DNA of 64,000 bases from the human T2T-CHM13v2.0 reference genome, Homo sapiens. Where the stretch lies: assembly GCA_009914755.4 (NCBI GenBank), contig CP068257.2:24064001-24128000 (forward strand), read 5' to 3'. This document shows, in pieces, positions 13,997-28,529 of this stretch. The translations under genes and the position numbers were made by a program. Each line of letters starts with the position of its first letter. Position 1 is the stretch's first letter. The notes beneath the pieces are model-generated. The model was not told where the DNA came from, did no database searches, and worked only from the letters and a program-made list of their open reading frames with translations.

Positions 13997-14290
13997 GTTT
14001 TTTTTTTTTTTTTTTGAAATGCAGTCTCGCTCTGTCACCCAGGCTGGAGTGCCGTGGCGCAAACTTGGTTCACTGCAGCCTCCTGGGTTCACGTAAGTCT
14101 CGTGCCTCAGCCTCCTGAGTAGCTAGGATTACCGGCACCGGCCAACATGCCTGGCTAATTTTTGTATTTTTAGTAGAGACAGGGTTTCACCATGTTGGCC
14201 AGGCTGATCTTGAACTCCTGACCTCAGTGATCTGCCTACCTCGGCCTCCCAAAGTGCTGGGATTACAGGTGTGAGCCACTGCGCCCAGCC
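13997..14290 (-). mobile_element. Alu SINE (antisense)
   Basis: poly-T + gaaatgcagtctcgctctgtcacccaggctggagtgc ... gtgagccactgcgcccagcc. Confidence 0.9.
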
Positions 14291-14534
14291 AACTTCTTAA
14301 TTTCTCATTCTCAAACTTTCTTTCCAAATATTTACTATGGAATTTAACTACTGCTGAATTGAAGTTACTGTAGGTTAAGAAACATTTTCTTTCTAAATTT
14401 TAGGATAATATATACCAAAGAGAATGAATAAAAGTTTTACAAAGACGCTATGTTCATATAACAGGATGTTAATTGGGACTTTCTCTGTTGCCTAAAGACT
14501 AGAAACAAGTATCTCACTTTCTAGGGAAAATGAA

Positions 14535-14848
14535 GGCTGGACGCAGTGGCTCACACCTGTAATCCCAGCACTTTGGGAGGCTGAGGTGGGAGGATCATTG
14601 GAATCTAGAAGTTCGAGAACAGCATGGGTGACGTAGTGAGACTGTCTCAAAAAACTGAAAAACTAGCTGGGTGTGGTGACATGCACCTGTAGTCCCAGCT
14701 ACTCGGGAGGCTGAGACAGGAGGATCACTTGAGCCCAGAAGGTTGAGGCTGCAGTGAGCTGTGATCACACCACTGCAACTCTAGCCTGGGCAAAAGAGTG
14801 ACACCTTGTTTCAAGAAAAGAAAAGAAAAAAAAAAAGAAAAGAAAAAA
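14535..14848 (+). mobile_element. Alu SINE (sense)
   Basis: ggctggacgcagtggctcacacctgtaatcc ... (A/G-rich tail). Confidence 0.9.
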
Positions 14849-15193
14849 TACATTGGGTATAAATACCCCTTCACTGTTGATGAAGAGACAGCCACCCTGA
14901 AATAATTACTCCAGTCCACCACTACTCTTTACCCTTCACCTCATCACACAGTCCATATAAGCTGAAGTGTGTATGGATGGATTTGGGATGGGAAGGAACG
15001 AGGGGATGGAAAGAGACAGAGAATGAGTTTGCCAAAGTCATAAGGAGTACTATTCCCCCAGGTCACCCCCAAAGGAAGTAAAGAGAATATTTAAGACATC
15101 ACTTGCAAAAACTGAAGGCACCTGCCAAGGAAATAGGAGCTATTTGAGCCAGTGGAAAGGGAGCTGGAAAAAAATATCAAGAAGAGGGGGAGG

Positions 15194-15682
<489 letters not shown>

Positions 15683-17100
15683 TTACCATTCCAGTGGGAG
15701 CTAAGGGGTGTTTGGAAGGGAGTTGGCATGAACCTGCCATTTAAGGGAATGGAATCTGTACAACTGGGAAGACCTCAGCCACAGGGCCCCGCAAGAACTC
15801 ATACATGCACCTTACTAGAGAGCTAGCATTTGGAAGGCTGCTACACCAGGAGCAGCAACAATCAGAGAAATAGTAAAAAACAAACAAAAAAGCCTACACT
15901 AAATGTTAAATAAGTAAAAATTGCCTAGCCTTCCTGGGTTACTATTAAAGGTAGTGCTATGTAAGTAACAGACACATGTCCCTTTCTAGTTCCCCTTACC
16001 TCTCCTCAACTCAAATTTCCTCTTCGTATAAGGACACCAGTCAGATAGGATTAAGACCTACCCTAAAGGTCTCATTTTAACTTAAAGTCCCTGTCTCCAA
16101 AGTCACATTATGAGGTATTGGAGGTTGGGCTTCAATTCAATCAAAGTATGAATTTTGGGGAAACACAATTCTTCATAACACCAGGCAAGGGGTAAAATAG
16201 CCATTTTAAATAACCACAAGGCTGAGATCATTTGTCATAATCACATAAGGTGGTTCTGAATGGTTAAGTGCAGGACAAGGAGTGACCTGGCAGGCTGAAG
16301 TGCTGCACAAAGGCCAGCATTTGCAGGGTTGGAGCAGCCTAGCCAAAAAGAGGAAGGGGCTCTGAGGAAGACGAAGCCTTGGTTAAGATCTGTGACTCAC
16401 AGCACCACGAGAGGTTCAGTTGGAAAACAGGGAGTGCTTGCCTGACCAAAATTTAAATGTAAATGCACAGCCCTGTAATATAGGGCACGAGAATAGGATG
16501 CTTCTTACAGTCAAACAGAACCCTGTTTCAATAATGAACAAAGAGACTGGGACATGCAAGCAATTCCACAGTTGTGAGACAAGTAAAAAATGTGTTATGA
16601 GATAACTGTGTTAGCTGATAAAAGGTAAAATTCAACTAAACTTTGAATGAAGAAGGAGGTAAAGAGACAGGGAGAGGAAGCATATGCAGAAAAGGTCAGT
16701 TTGTTCTCTACTGACTGGCAGTTCCAGCTGACACAAGATGGCTTTGCAGCCACAGGTAGGTGGAGGAGAGCTGTTTCAGGGGAGGTTAAAGGAAGACCCT
16801 GGGACAACTAGACTTCCTCGATTACCTTTAGATAGTGCCATAATTAGACACCCGATTCTCTGTTCCAAAGCCTGCAATTATTTAAATAAAAGTAGTTCAA
16901 CTGTTCTGTCACTGCTTAGCCACATTTGAAGAAAAGTGGGCTGTTTCTTCCTACTGTACTGCCCTCCCCAATTCCGTCTCTACACATCGTATTAATCATA
17001 TCTATGTCATTAGGAAATATTTGTAGATCTTTCAAAAAGGTATTCCCTAGCAGGTTTTGCCTTCAGCTACAGTATGCCATAATAAAAATCTATTCCCTTT

Positions 17101-17348
17101 GGCCCAGGCGCAGTGGCTCAAGCCCGTAATCCCAACACTTTGGGAGGCCGAGGTGGGTGGATCACCTGAGGTCAGGAGTTTGAGACTAGCCTGGCCAACA
17201 TGGTGAAACCCTGTCTCTACTAAAAATACAAAAATTAGCCGGGCATGGTGGCGCACACCTGTAATCCCAGCTACCCAGGAGGCTGAGGCAGGAGAATTGC
17301 TTGAACCTGGGCAACAGAGCGAGACTCCATCTCCAAAAAAAAAAAAAG
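17101..17348 (+). mobile_element. Alu SINE (sense, internal deletion)
   Basis: ggcccaggcgcagtggctcaagcccgtaatccc ... gagactccatctccaaaaaaaaaaaaag. Confidence 0.9.
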
Positions 17349-18108
17349 AACACTGTTGGCTTCACACTTTTACACTTTTAAAGAAAATCTTAAAAATCTA
17401 TTAAAGACCTATATTTATTAACACATATCAGAGATATTGTCAAATACTAAAAAGACATGGCTGCTTTTCCTTTAAAATTTACTTTTTTTAAGCCTGATTT
17501 TGACCATTAAAATATTTTTTAAAATAACTTCCTTGAGAGACAGTTATAGTCACTAAAATTTTGACCATGTCTGATATGCCACTTATCTAGAATGTATCTG
17601 CTGGAACTCTTCTTATTAGGACAAAACAACACCATAAAGTTTACTCTTTTAAAGTAAGTTCCTTTATAGAACCCCCGTCATCCCTACCTTTCCCTCATCA
17701 ATCTGAACAGAACTGTAACAGACTCTGTGATCTGCAAGCAAAGATGAGGGACCTGGGTTACTGGGAGAAAATTATTTAACATTTGAGGAGATCAAAGTTA
17801 AACACAATAGATGTTCCAAGACATATAAAAAATTACACTCAGATTTCTGAGAAAGCTATGACCAAGAATTTATAAACCATTTCTTCATGTTCTAAAGGAA
17901 GGGTAACATCCCTCCACAACAAGCAGGGTTATGTGCAAGTTGTGTCCAGTTCATCCAAGGTCTCCATCTGCTTTATTATAACCAAATGAAAGGATCTAAA
18001 AACAACTCTAACACACAGAACTCAATTCATCAAGAACACACTCAACATCACCAAATAATTTATTTGGACTCAGAATTAAAAGAACATTTGACAGTTATGA
18101 AATGCATG

Positions 18109-18178
18109 TTTATTCTGAAACTTCTAACTAGTTGTACAACTAATCCGTGACAAATTACCAGATTAATTTTACTTTATT
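18109..18178 (-). promoter_or_regulatory. ATP5PF: ATP5PF tandem poly(A) signals (AATAAA on the - strand at + 18173-18178 and + 18109-18114)
   Basis: The - strand reads TGA AGA AATAAA gtaaaatt...cag AATAAA catg. The first signal starts 4 nt after the stop codon. Confidence 0.6.
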
Positions 18179-18181
18179 TCT

Positions 18182-18219
18182 TCAGGCCTGGGGTTTTTCG
18201 ATGACTTCAAATTTGGGAT
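18182..18219 (-). CDS. ATP5PF: ATP5PF last coding exon: (D)PKFEVIEKPQA*. The exon continues as 3' UTR to about + 18090
   Basis: - strand: cttag|ATCCCAAATTTGAAGTCATCGAAAAACCCCAGGCCTGA. It joins the upstream exon in frame as gaa g|at -> E D. Confidence 0.85.
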
Positions 18220-18469
18220 CTAAGAAGAGGGGGAAAAAAGGGTCAAGCTTAGCCAAATTGCAATAAAATGGATTATGTAGAATGCTCAAGATTTAACTCA
18301 TCAATTTTCTGATTTTTTTAGTAAACACTGTTTGTAAACATTTACATAGAAATATAGCTAAACATTTATGCAACACTTTCTATGAGCCATGCATTCCATT
18401 AATTGACTTTGCATATATTATGTCATTTAACTACATATGCAGAAGATACTATAATTCTCCCCAAATGTC

Positions 18470-18610
18470 AGATGAGGAGACATGCACCAGTTAATTACTC
18501 AAGATTACACAGCTGAAAGTGATTATAAGGATTCAAGATTGGGCAGTTCGATTTCAGATCCCCACCATTTAATCACTATGTTATGTGATCTCCTATACTG
18601 CTCTTATTCT
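18470..18610 (+). mobile_element. MIR SINE fragment
   Basis: tgtcagatgaggagacatg...ttacacagctgaaagtg...gggcagttcgatttcagatcc. Confidence 0.4.
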
Positions 18611-18767
18611 AACAGCAAACATTTAGCCGGCAGCTTCTCAGGCACACGTCATGGTCCTAATAAATTCACATGTCAACACTGTCATTCAGTTCTCTAAAAA
18701 TCCAGGTAAGTGTAAATATTCTTCACTTATCCCCCACAAGAATGAATCTGTGATTTATAAGACGTAC

Positions 18768-18892
18768 CTTCAAATTTGAAGGTGGGAAATGTATTCATGT
18801 CTGCATTACCAAACATTTGCTTGAGCTTAAAAAGCTCCCTCTCCAGCTCTTGCTGATACTCTGAACTAGCATCAACAGGTCCTCCAGATGTC
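18768..18892 (-). CDS. ATP5PF: ATP5PF coding exon (125 nt): (Q)TSGGPVDASSEYQQELERELFKLKQMFGNADMNTFPTFKFE(D)
   Basis: - strand: cttaacag|GACATCTGGAGGACCTGTTGATGC...TTCAAATTTGAAG|gtacgtc. It matches the provided ORF 18727..18915(-) apart from read-through into the flanks. Confidence 0.9.
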
Positions 18893-18922
18893 CTGTTAAG
18901 TAAATGAGCAAACAAAAATTAA

Positions 18923-19280
<358 letters not shown>

Positions 19281-20949
19281 AATAGACCTTTTTAAAGCAT
19301 TCATGTAGTCAAAGAAAAGACTTCAGAAAGAAAATAAGTATTTCTACTTCAATTTCAATTCAAACTATTTTATTACGATGAGGTTTCACATAAATGAGGT
19401 ATCCTCAAACCAATCTCTAACATTCAAGGTTTCTCAGAATCACGGACACTCACTAAGTCAGAATTTCTCAGGGTCTAAGTTGCAAAAGGTGTATCGTTAA
19501 GTCTACAGGCTCTGGAGTCAAAGACTGGTCCTGTTTGAGTGTAAGTTCAACTATTCAGCAACTGCGTAAACCTGAGTAAGGCACAGAGCACTCTAAATTT
19601 TAGTTTCCACAACTAAATATGAAGGTTCTACCAAACGAGGGTGTAAATGCACACGTACCTCTAAGCACAGTGCCTGGCACACAGTGAGTACTCAATTATT
19701 ATCTACTAATATCATCTGCTTTAAGTCAGCCATCACTAAATGGCTTTTAAAGACCTTAGACTTTTAAGTTTCTACCATAGGGGTCCTATTAAAGAAGCAA
19801 ATTATTTCCTACCCTCAGAGATTTTGCAATTTCGAAGAAAAAAATTACATGTTTACAAACATTTATGCTGTAAAGGAGTGATGTGATGAGCTTCAAAGAC
19901 ATGATTTAACAAAAAGCTATTCAAGTTGAGGAAGAGATTACTTTTGCTAAGCTAATCAGGGAAAATTTCATTTTAAAAAGGTGGCATTTGAGAAACATCA
20001 GGCATCTGGGGCCAGGGTTTATTTTGAGACCTTCTAAGATGGAAAAAGCAAAGACATAGAGGTGGTAAGGGATTGGCTGTATGTGGGGAATGCTAAGGAG
20101 TCTAGATGGAAAAACCAGCAGACCCCAGATCATGGGAGGCCCGGAATGTTAAGCCTGGGAGTTTGTATTTTATTTGCCAAGCAATAAAATGACAAAATTA
20201 GACTTGTGCATTTTGGGAAAATAAATATAGCATTATGGACCAGCAGCAGGGCCAACTGGGTCTCATTAATTCTTTGAAGAAATTCTTCTGTTTTTGTCAT
20301 AAATACTACTGCCTACCTAGCAATGAACAATATTCTAAATGTAAAAAAATGTACACATGAAAATTCCTTCAAGGGTAATAACATTTTTACACATGCCTAT
20401 GATCAAAGTATACAGTCTTATTTAAGTTAAAGAACATGCACAAAAAATACATAGGTGGCTCCAATTTAAGAACTTGTTATCAATATTTCTTGTTAGAGAC
20501 CCAATTTTCTTTTAGATTAGCACTGTCCAATAGACCTTTTTGTGATGTTAGAAACGCTCTCTGTCTGTGCTGTCCAGTGTGGCAGCCACTAGCCATATCT
20601 GGCTATTGAGCACTAGAAATATAGCTAACATGAATGAGAAAATGAGAAACTGAATTTATAAATACACTTAATTGTAATTAGAATTTGAATAGTCTCATGG
20701 ATAACGGCAACCAAAATGGACACTGCGGTTCTAAATAGATCCTTCAACTAGATACTCTAATACTGGTTACAGATGGATGATGGCTATTTTAACTTTAATA
20801 TGCACTCTTGTGATAAAAAGAGGCCAGAAATCATCTACCTCCTCAACTGAATGTAAGTCTTGCTGCTTATCTTGCTTATTACTATATTCCTAGGCTCTCA
20901 CATGATGCCTAGGACAAAGCAGTCACTCAGAAGATACTTGTTCATTTCA

Positions 20950-21140
20950 CTAGCAAATACTAGGCATGCTAATGTATTGAATAATTTAATTTTTATAATA
21001 TCCTATGAAATGGGTAAGTACTACCATCATCCTCCTTTTACATATGAGAAAACTGTCCTACAGAAGTTAAACCTGCCCAAGGTCATAGAGCTAATTAGTG
21101 GCAGTGCTGGATGCCAGCCCAGGGTCTACCCTCAGAACTC
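20950..21140 (-). mobile_element. MIR SINE
   Basis: ttttacatatgagaaaactgtcctacagaagttaaacctgcccaaggtcatagagctaattagtggcagtgctggatgccagcccagggtctaccctcag aligns to the MIR consensus ...ctgccacttactagctgtgtgaccttgggcaagt... Confidence 0.6.
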
Positions 21141-23172
21141 TCCATGTGTTTGTTTGCACAAACGAATGAATGACCCACAAACAAGACTCCTTAGATATAG
21201 GGTACACCTAAGAATTCACTTCTTACTAGATAGGCTTTTAAAGACAGTTAAAATGATGCAAACAGCATCAATACTCTAATATAACACCACATTTGGACAG
21301 AAGACACTCAAAATTCCCTGACGAGTCCTGCACATCTGGTTACTTAACAGTATGATTTTTGGCAAATTCTAACTTTCAGCCTTGGTTTTCTCATATATAA
21401 AATTGGGGTAACATCTATAGGGTTGTTGTCAGAGTTTCATTACCATGTCTACAAAGCACAGAGTAACTTACTACATTTTAATCCCTTCACTATTTCTCCT
21501 CCTCAGTTTTGGCAATGGTAACACCTTTGTTAGTTACCTCGCCTCAAAAGTCAGTTTTCTTTTATTGTTCCCTCTTCTTCCTCTCCAGCAGCTCACCAAA
21601 ACCAGGCATCAGTGTTTCAATGTCTTGACTCTGTCACTTTTACATTACCACTGCTATAAAGTCAAGGTTCTCATCAACTAATGCTTAGGTTACATTTTGC
21701 TAACATGTCTGTCTTTGCTCTCTTCTCATTTCAATCCTTCCAATACCCTGGTTAAAATTATCCTCCTAATTCAGAGTAATCTTCCATCCCCACAGTCATG
21801 TTCAAAAAGCTGTAATTTCTCACAAATGCCTACCACATATCTTACTTGCTCAGTCTACAATCAAGGCCTTCCATAATCCCTCATTCTAACCCCATACCAT
21901 CCTTATACTCTTCATATACCCTATACTCCAGGGAAATAGAATTATACCATTCACCAAATATATTTTGTGCTTTCTAGCACAAACTAAGGCATTTTCATGC
22001 CTTAGTTCACACCATTCTTTCCTCCTAAAAGATACTCTCCTCTTACCCTCATTTATCTGTCCAACCTTCATACACTGATCTTTAAAACCTAGAGTAAACC
22101 CCTGGGTGTACAGGTCTACTGAAGGCCTCCTGTGGGTTTGAGAACTGTTTCATGCTATAAGGAAAATGATGTGAGTAAATTCTTCACGTTTTTTTCTTTA
22201 AACTGGGAAGATGATCCACAGTTGTCCATGAGATTCTCAAGAGGGATGAGTACCCAAACACTGCCTTCCAAGAAGCCTCTAAAATGCCTCTAGCTGGAAA
22301 GGAGTATTCTTTCCTATGAACTCCCCAAGCACCCAGCGTTTCCCTACCTTAGCACCTAACTCATTTTACCTTATATTGTATTTATTTGCTTAGAAGCTTT
22401 CTACTCCTATCGGACTTTAAGAATATTGTAAAAATGCCCTGTGGCCCATCACGGTTAATAGCCAAGTGCTTTACACACAGTAGACAACTATATGAAAGAA
22501 AATGGAACTATGAATTGGTGCGCCTCACTGTTCCTAAGATTTGGGTTTGGACCTGATGACAGCTAAGGTGGTCATTCCTTTCCAAAACTATGGTTCTACA
22601 ATTGTTTTTCTTGGACTTACATTATGTCATTTCAGAGTCTTTTGTCCTTTAATATACATTCTCAGAGATCTGTAACTATGGAAATAGCCTTTTAAAAAAA
22701 AGAGCTGTGTTTATACATTTCCCCCAAATTACAATGTCACAGAAAGGCCACTAAATTGAGGCTAAAATATACTTTGATAATATATTTTTCCCCAATTAGT
22801 TTTATGATCTTCGGCTAATCAATGTCTAAGGGAGTTACTTTTTTCAAACTTAGCTGCTAAATGATTTCCAAGACCCTATGTATTTCTATAAATTGATGTG
22901 GTTTATAATACATGACATGACAGTAAGAATGTATTTTAAACAGCAATAAATTTAGTAGGATTTTCCCTTGTAACTCATATAAAGATACAGTTTCTGACTT
23001 AAAAAAATCAAGATCCTTATCTTCTTTTTTGAGGGCACCTAATGAACCTCTATGTCAGAGATGAGCTCAGTGAAGGTCTAATACTTTCAAATACCAAGTC
23101 ATTTTTATTACCACCTTGAAACTTACATACTTTGAATATTTATATTTACACTGTAGTTATTTATTCACTTAC

Positions 23173-23336
23173 TGTCGCTTAGATTTGTATTCTCTAATCT
23201 TGTCCACAAAGAGTTTCTGTATAGGATCAAGTTCCTTATTAAATGCCACTGCTGTAACACCAATGTTCCTCCGCAAATGGACTGAGACGGCTGACCGAAT
23301 GACAGAGGAGAACCTGAAGAGCCTCTGAAGAATCAT
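23173..23336 (-). CDS. ATP5PF: ATP5PF first coding exon (ATG at + 23336-23334): MILQRLFRFSSVIRSAVSVHLRRNIGVTAVAFNKELDPIQKLFVDKIREYKSKR(Q). The exon extends 5' to + 23343
   Basis: - strand: ttttctgtaacag|aatcagcATGATTCTTCAGAGGCTC...AAATCTAAGCGACA|gtaagtg. The three coding exons sum to 327 nt, which is 108 aa plus the stop. Confidence 0.9.
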
Positions 23337-23994
23337 GCTGATTCTGTTACAGAAAACAAGCAGCAGAAACGTTAATATACTTATTATAAATCACCTCTAA
23401 ATATATCATGAGAATCAAATTCTACTAATTGCTACAGAATTACATCATATCAGATCTCAGTCTATACCTGACCACAGTTCCCTTCTCCTCCTTATTCCCC
23501 ATTGCAAGTTTTTTAGGTCTTAACCAAAAGGCTCTGGGATAATGGAACAGTTAGAAACTCAGGCCTGAAGCTTCATCAGGGTTAGAGCACAAAATGTGAG
23601 GTGAGGTATTTCTTCCCCCTTGAACTTAGTCATGGATCAGAGAAAACAGTAGAGGTAGACTGTTGCAACACTGTCCGCTCCTAACAGGAAAAGTACACTG
23701 GCCCCCAAACTAATGTACAAGGTTTCCCATACCTCAGCCGGGCATGACAACCTGAAAATGTGTACTTCACAGGCCCACAGAGGGAGAAACTGCTCTGCCT
23801 GTTACAAATGGATTCCAGCCATTTAAGAATACTGTAACAACTAAATCAAAGTCCAGAAGAACCAGCAAAGAAAAACAGCAGCCAGTCCAAATGAGCTGTG
23901 CATGACAGTGGGGAGGATCCGGCAGTCCAACTTTATCAGTGAAATAAATTGGTGAAGGAGATGGAAGTCTGAATTTTAAAAATAAGGACTTATG

Positions 23995-24341
<347 letters not shown>

Positions 24342-24535
24342 TTAAAGACTTTCAAATCCCTAGACTTCCTTAAGCTAAAATATATTACTTTCTAACTAAA
24401 ACATTTCAGTAGAGGACAATTCCTGTTGAGATTTACTTTAGTGATTTAAAGATCAAATGCAAAAAATAATCCAAATTACAACAAATAGGTACAAACAGGA
24501 ATTCTAGAAGAAAAGGAATAAAGAGGGCCAGGCAC

Positions 24536-24845
<310 letters not shown>

Positions 24846-24967
24846 TTAGTAGAATACATTTTTCTTAGATTAAGGCCGAGTCTATAAACTGACAGGGCTT
24901 GCCAAACCCCATATTGGAACGGTGACAAAAGGCTCACAATGCACCACAGCCTGGTACAATTTCTCAA

Positions 24968-25172
24968 TCTTTTTTTTTTCAGACAGGGTCTCACTCTGTT
25001 GCCCAGAATGAACACGGCTCACTACAGCCTCAGCCTCCTGGACTCATGCAATCCTCCCACCTTAGCCTCCCAAGTAGATGGGAGCACAGTTGTGTGCCAT
25101 CACACCAGGCTAATTTTTACTTTTTTTTTTTTTTTGTAGAGACGAGGTCTTGCCATATTGCCCTGGCTGGTA
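24968..25172 (-). mobile_element. Alu SINE (antisense, 5'-truncated at insertion, about 200 bp) with TSD
   Basis: poly-T + cagacagggtctcactctgttgcccag...gtagagacgaggtcttgccatattgccctggctgg. The flanks are ggtacaatttctcaatc and ggtaaaatttctgaatc. Confidence 0.85.
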
Positions 25173-25364
25173 AAATTTCTGAATCTTCAAGTGAAAATCT
25201 GATATGCTAACATGTTTCCCATGCCCTCCCCAAATTTCCTAATAGCAATACTGTCATCATCACATTGACACCGGACTTCTACTAAGTTATAATAGGACTA
25301 GTGGAAGTATACAAACTATGTTATTGGTCTAAAGTAATATAGAAATTAGATATAAGTATTTAGA

Positions 25365-25492
25365 GGCCAGGCGAGGTGGCTCATGCCTGTAATCCCAGCA
25401 CTTTGGGAGGCCGAGGAGGGAGGATTGTTTGAACTCAGGAGTTCAAGACCAGCCTGGGAAACATGGAGAGAACCTGTCTCTAAAAAATTAGA
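25365..25492 (+). mobile_element. Alu left-monomer-only fragment (FLAM-like)
   Basis: ggccaggcgaggtggctcatgcctgtaatcccagcactttgggaggccgaggagggagg...ctgtctctaaaaaatta. Confidence 0.75.
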
Positions 25493-25926
25493 GCTTGTAT
25501 TTTAAGTGACTTCATTGTTTTGTTTTTTAAATTTCATTTCTTTTGTAATTCATTTTCACTGTATTCAAAAGTGTCCACAGGAGTGGGTGTGAGAATGGCC
25601 CTTTACCACTCAGAGTTTGAGCAGCACTAGCTAGAAAACTGTAGAGTCGCACAATAGTTCTCAAAATAGGGTTGGGGGTGGGGGAAGAAGTGAGTTTTTT
25701 TCTCTCCAAGGAGACATCTGGCAATGTCTTTAGACATTTTTGGTTGTTCTCACCAAGCTGAGTGCTACTGGCTTATAATGAGTACAAAGCCAGGAATGCT
25801 GCCAAACACTATAACGACAATAACAGCCCTCCCACCCCTAAGAATTATCTGGTCAAAATGTCAATAATGCCAAGGTTGACAAACTCTGGAATGGCATGTA
25901 AAAATTATCAAAAGAAATCTACAATG

Positions 25927-26233
<307 letters not shown>

Positions 26234-26245
26234 ATCCTACAATCA

Positions 26246-26576
26246 GGCCGGGCGTGATGGCTCACGCCTGTAATCCCAGCACTTTGTTGTAATCCCAGCA
26301 CTTTGGGAGGCCAAGGTGGGTGGATCACCTGAGGTAGGGATTCAAGATCAGCCTGACCAACATGGAGAAACCCCGTCTCTACCAAAAATACAAAATTAGC
26401 CGGGAGTGGTGGCACATGCCTGTAATCCCAGCTACTCAGGAGGCTGAGGCAGGAGATTCCTTGAACCCAGGAGGCGGAGGTTGCGGTGAGCCGAGATCGC
26501 GCCACTGCACTCCTCCACCCTGGGCAACAAGAGTGAAACTCTGTCTCAAAAAAAAAAAAAAAAAAAAAAAAAAAAG
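26246..26576 (+). mobile_element. Alu SINE (sense) inserted into the tail region of the preceding Alu. It has a TSD and an internal 20-bp duplication
   Basis: ggccgggcgtgatggctcacgcctgtaatcccagcactttgttgtaatcccagcactttgggaggcc.... The flanks are gaaatcctacaatc and gaaatcctactatc. Confidence 0.9.
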
Positions 26577-26810
26577 AAATCCTACTATCAATGCAATCAA
26601 CAAAATATGCTTCACCTGACAGAATGAAAGCAAACTGTTTGAAGAAATTAAAGAATTCATAACATATCACTTTTATACCCCATCAGGGAAAAATACTTGA
26701 GAAAAGGCTACAAGCAAACAACAAATGACCTCACAAGGTCATGTGCCACTTATTATCATTCCTATGTTTAAACACACAGAAACTGAGGATTAGAAGTATC
26801 TGGTCAAAGT

Positions 26811-27098
26811 GGTCGGGCGCGGTGGCTCACGCTTGTAATCCCAGCACTTTGGGAGGCCGAGGCGGGCAGATCACGAGGTCAGGAGATCGAGACCATCCTG
26901 GCTAACACGGTGAAACCCGGTCTCTACTGAAAAATACAAAAAATTAGCCAGGCGTGGTGGCGGGCACCTGTAGTCCCAGCTACTCCGGAGGCTGAGGCAG
27001 AAGGGCGTAAACCTGGAAAGTGGAGCTTGGAGTGAGCAGAGATCGTGCCACTGCAATCCAGCCTGGGCGACAGAGCGAGACTCTGTCTCAAAAAAAAA
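26811..27098 (+). mobile_element. Alu SINE (sense) with 15-bp TSD
   Basis: ggtcgggcgcggtggctcacgcttgtaatccc...; gtatctggtcaaagt on both flanks. Confidence 0.9.
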
Positions 27099-28081
27099 GT
27101 ATCTGGTCAAAGTTACACAGCAAAATCTAACTTAACACATATATGCAAAAAAAAAAATTGTGCAATTCAATGCCACTTTCCCTTCTGGCAAACTAAGGAC
27201 ATGCTTAACATTCAGCAATAGGTTCACCCGACATTTGCTTAGCCCTAGATACTGTGCAAAGTACTTCCATATATATCCTTTCCTTGTACCCTTACAGCAA
27301 TACTCTCAAAGAGTTAAAGTGTTCTTATCCCTGCTTTACAGATGATAAAACTGTATCTAAGAAAGATTAAGCTGCACGTATTCTCACAGTTAATTTGCTC
27401 TAAGTCTGACTGCATAGATGTTACTCCTTCTGCAACACGGGTAAAATCCACTTTCATTGTTTCAATTATCCACCATGTAAGTGCCTATGATTCCCCAATC
27501 GCATTTCTAATTTTAGTATTCATCCTGAGCCCCAAATCTATCCACAGCATTCAACAGTTCTCATCTCCCTTATAAGTCCTACGAACTCATCCAAAAAACG
27601 AACACATAATCCCATATCAAAACTTGTTCCTTCTCCTTTAATCCCTTTCATTTTTTTTCACTGATTAGTGAATGCATATTGTCCACTAAAACGCAGAAGA
27701 TAGTCATTACACAAATAGCTGTGAAATACCACCTGACATAAATTCTCTATTCCAGTACCATCGGGTGCCACGAGAGCATATGATAGCGTCTGACATGATC
27801 AGAAAGACTGGGGAAGGCAACAGTAAGAAAACACTAGTCTGAGCAGAGGCCTTGTTCTGGGTGGGAGCATGGTTCTATTTATAGTGATGACTGACCGGCC
27901 AAAGGTTAGTAGGTTCGCTGCCTCTTCAGTGCATATTCCTATGAACAATCCATAAAGTCGCCTAATGAAGTGTTAGCACCATCGTTTTTAGGTGGGATGC
28001 AAACTTTCAATATTATGACTAATTTTTTCCCTCTTAATGGTACACGTTCTGCCTAAGTAGCCTAGACGCTCCCGTGCGCCC

Positions 28082-28089
28082 GGGGCGGG
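28082..28089 (+). promoter_or_regulatory. Sp1 GC box GGGGCGGG. A second, reverse-oriented box (ccgcccc) is at 28484-28490
   Basis: motif match in the CpG island. Confidence 0.5.
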
Positions 28090-28467
28090 TAGGCCTGGCC
28101 GAAAATCTCTCCCGCGCGCCTGACCTTGGGTTGCCCCAGCCAGGCTGCGGGCCCGAGACCCCCGGGCCTCCCTGCCCCCCGCGCCGCCCCGATTTGCCCT
28201 CAGAGAGGGTATCGATCTTATTTCTGGGTCTACGGCAAACTCCAAGGTCTACAAACGTAGAGGTCAGCTGTGACCCCGGGCCAGGCCGTGAAGGTCCCCA
28301 GGACACAGAGCTGCTCTCTCCTCCTAGTAAAGGTGAGAGGCAGCCCAGGCCTCGTGAAAAAACCCAGAACTGGAGTCCCAAAAGGCCACGCTGATCTAGC
28401 TACCCTCCCAGTCACCTTGCACTCAGTCCCGAGCTGCCAAAGCCTCCGCCGCCACCACCTCCGCTCT

Positions 28468-28475
28468 ACTTCCGG
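28468..28475 (-). promoter_or_regulatory. ETS/GABP site CCGGAAGT (written on the - strand; + strand ACTTCCGG)
   Basis: Perfect match to the high-affinity GABP/ETS core-plus-flank CCGGAAGT. Confidence 0.6.
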
Positions 28476-28529
28476 CCCTGGCTCCGCCCCCACACGCCTA
28501 CCCGCCATCGCAATGCATTATGGGCCGCC

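Noticed and set aside
18727-18915. ORF 18727..18915 (-) taken at face value
   Set aside because: Only 18768-18892 is exon (ATP5PF). The N- and C-terminal residues of the ORF are intron read-through across the AG acceptor and GT donor.
20860-21279. 139-aa ORF on + strand in ATP5PF intron 2
   Set aside because: The central part overlaps a MIR SINE (20950-21140). It has no splice context and no recognisable domain. It lies on the strand opposite the host gene inside an intron.
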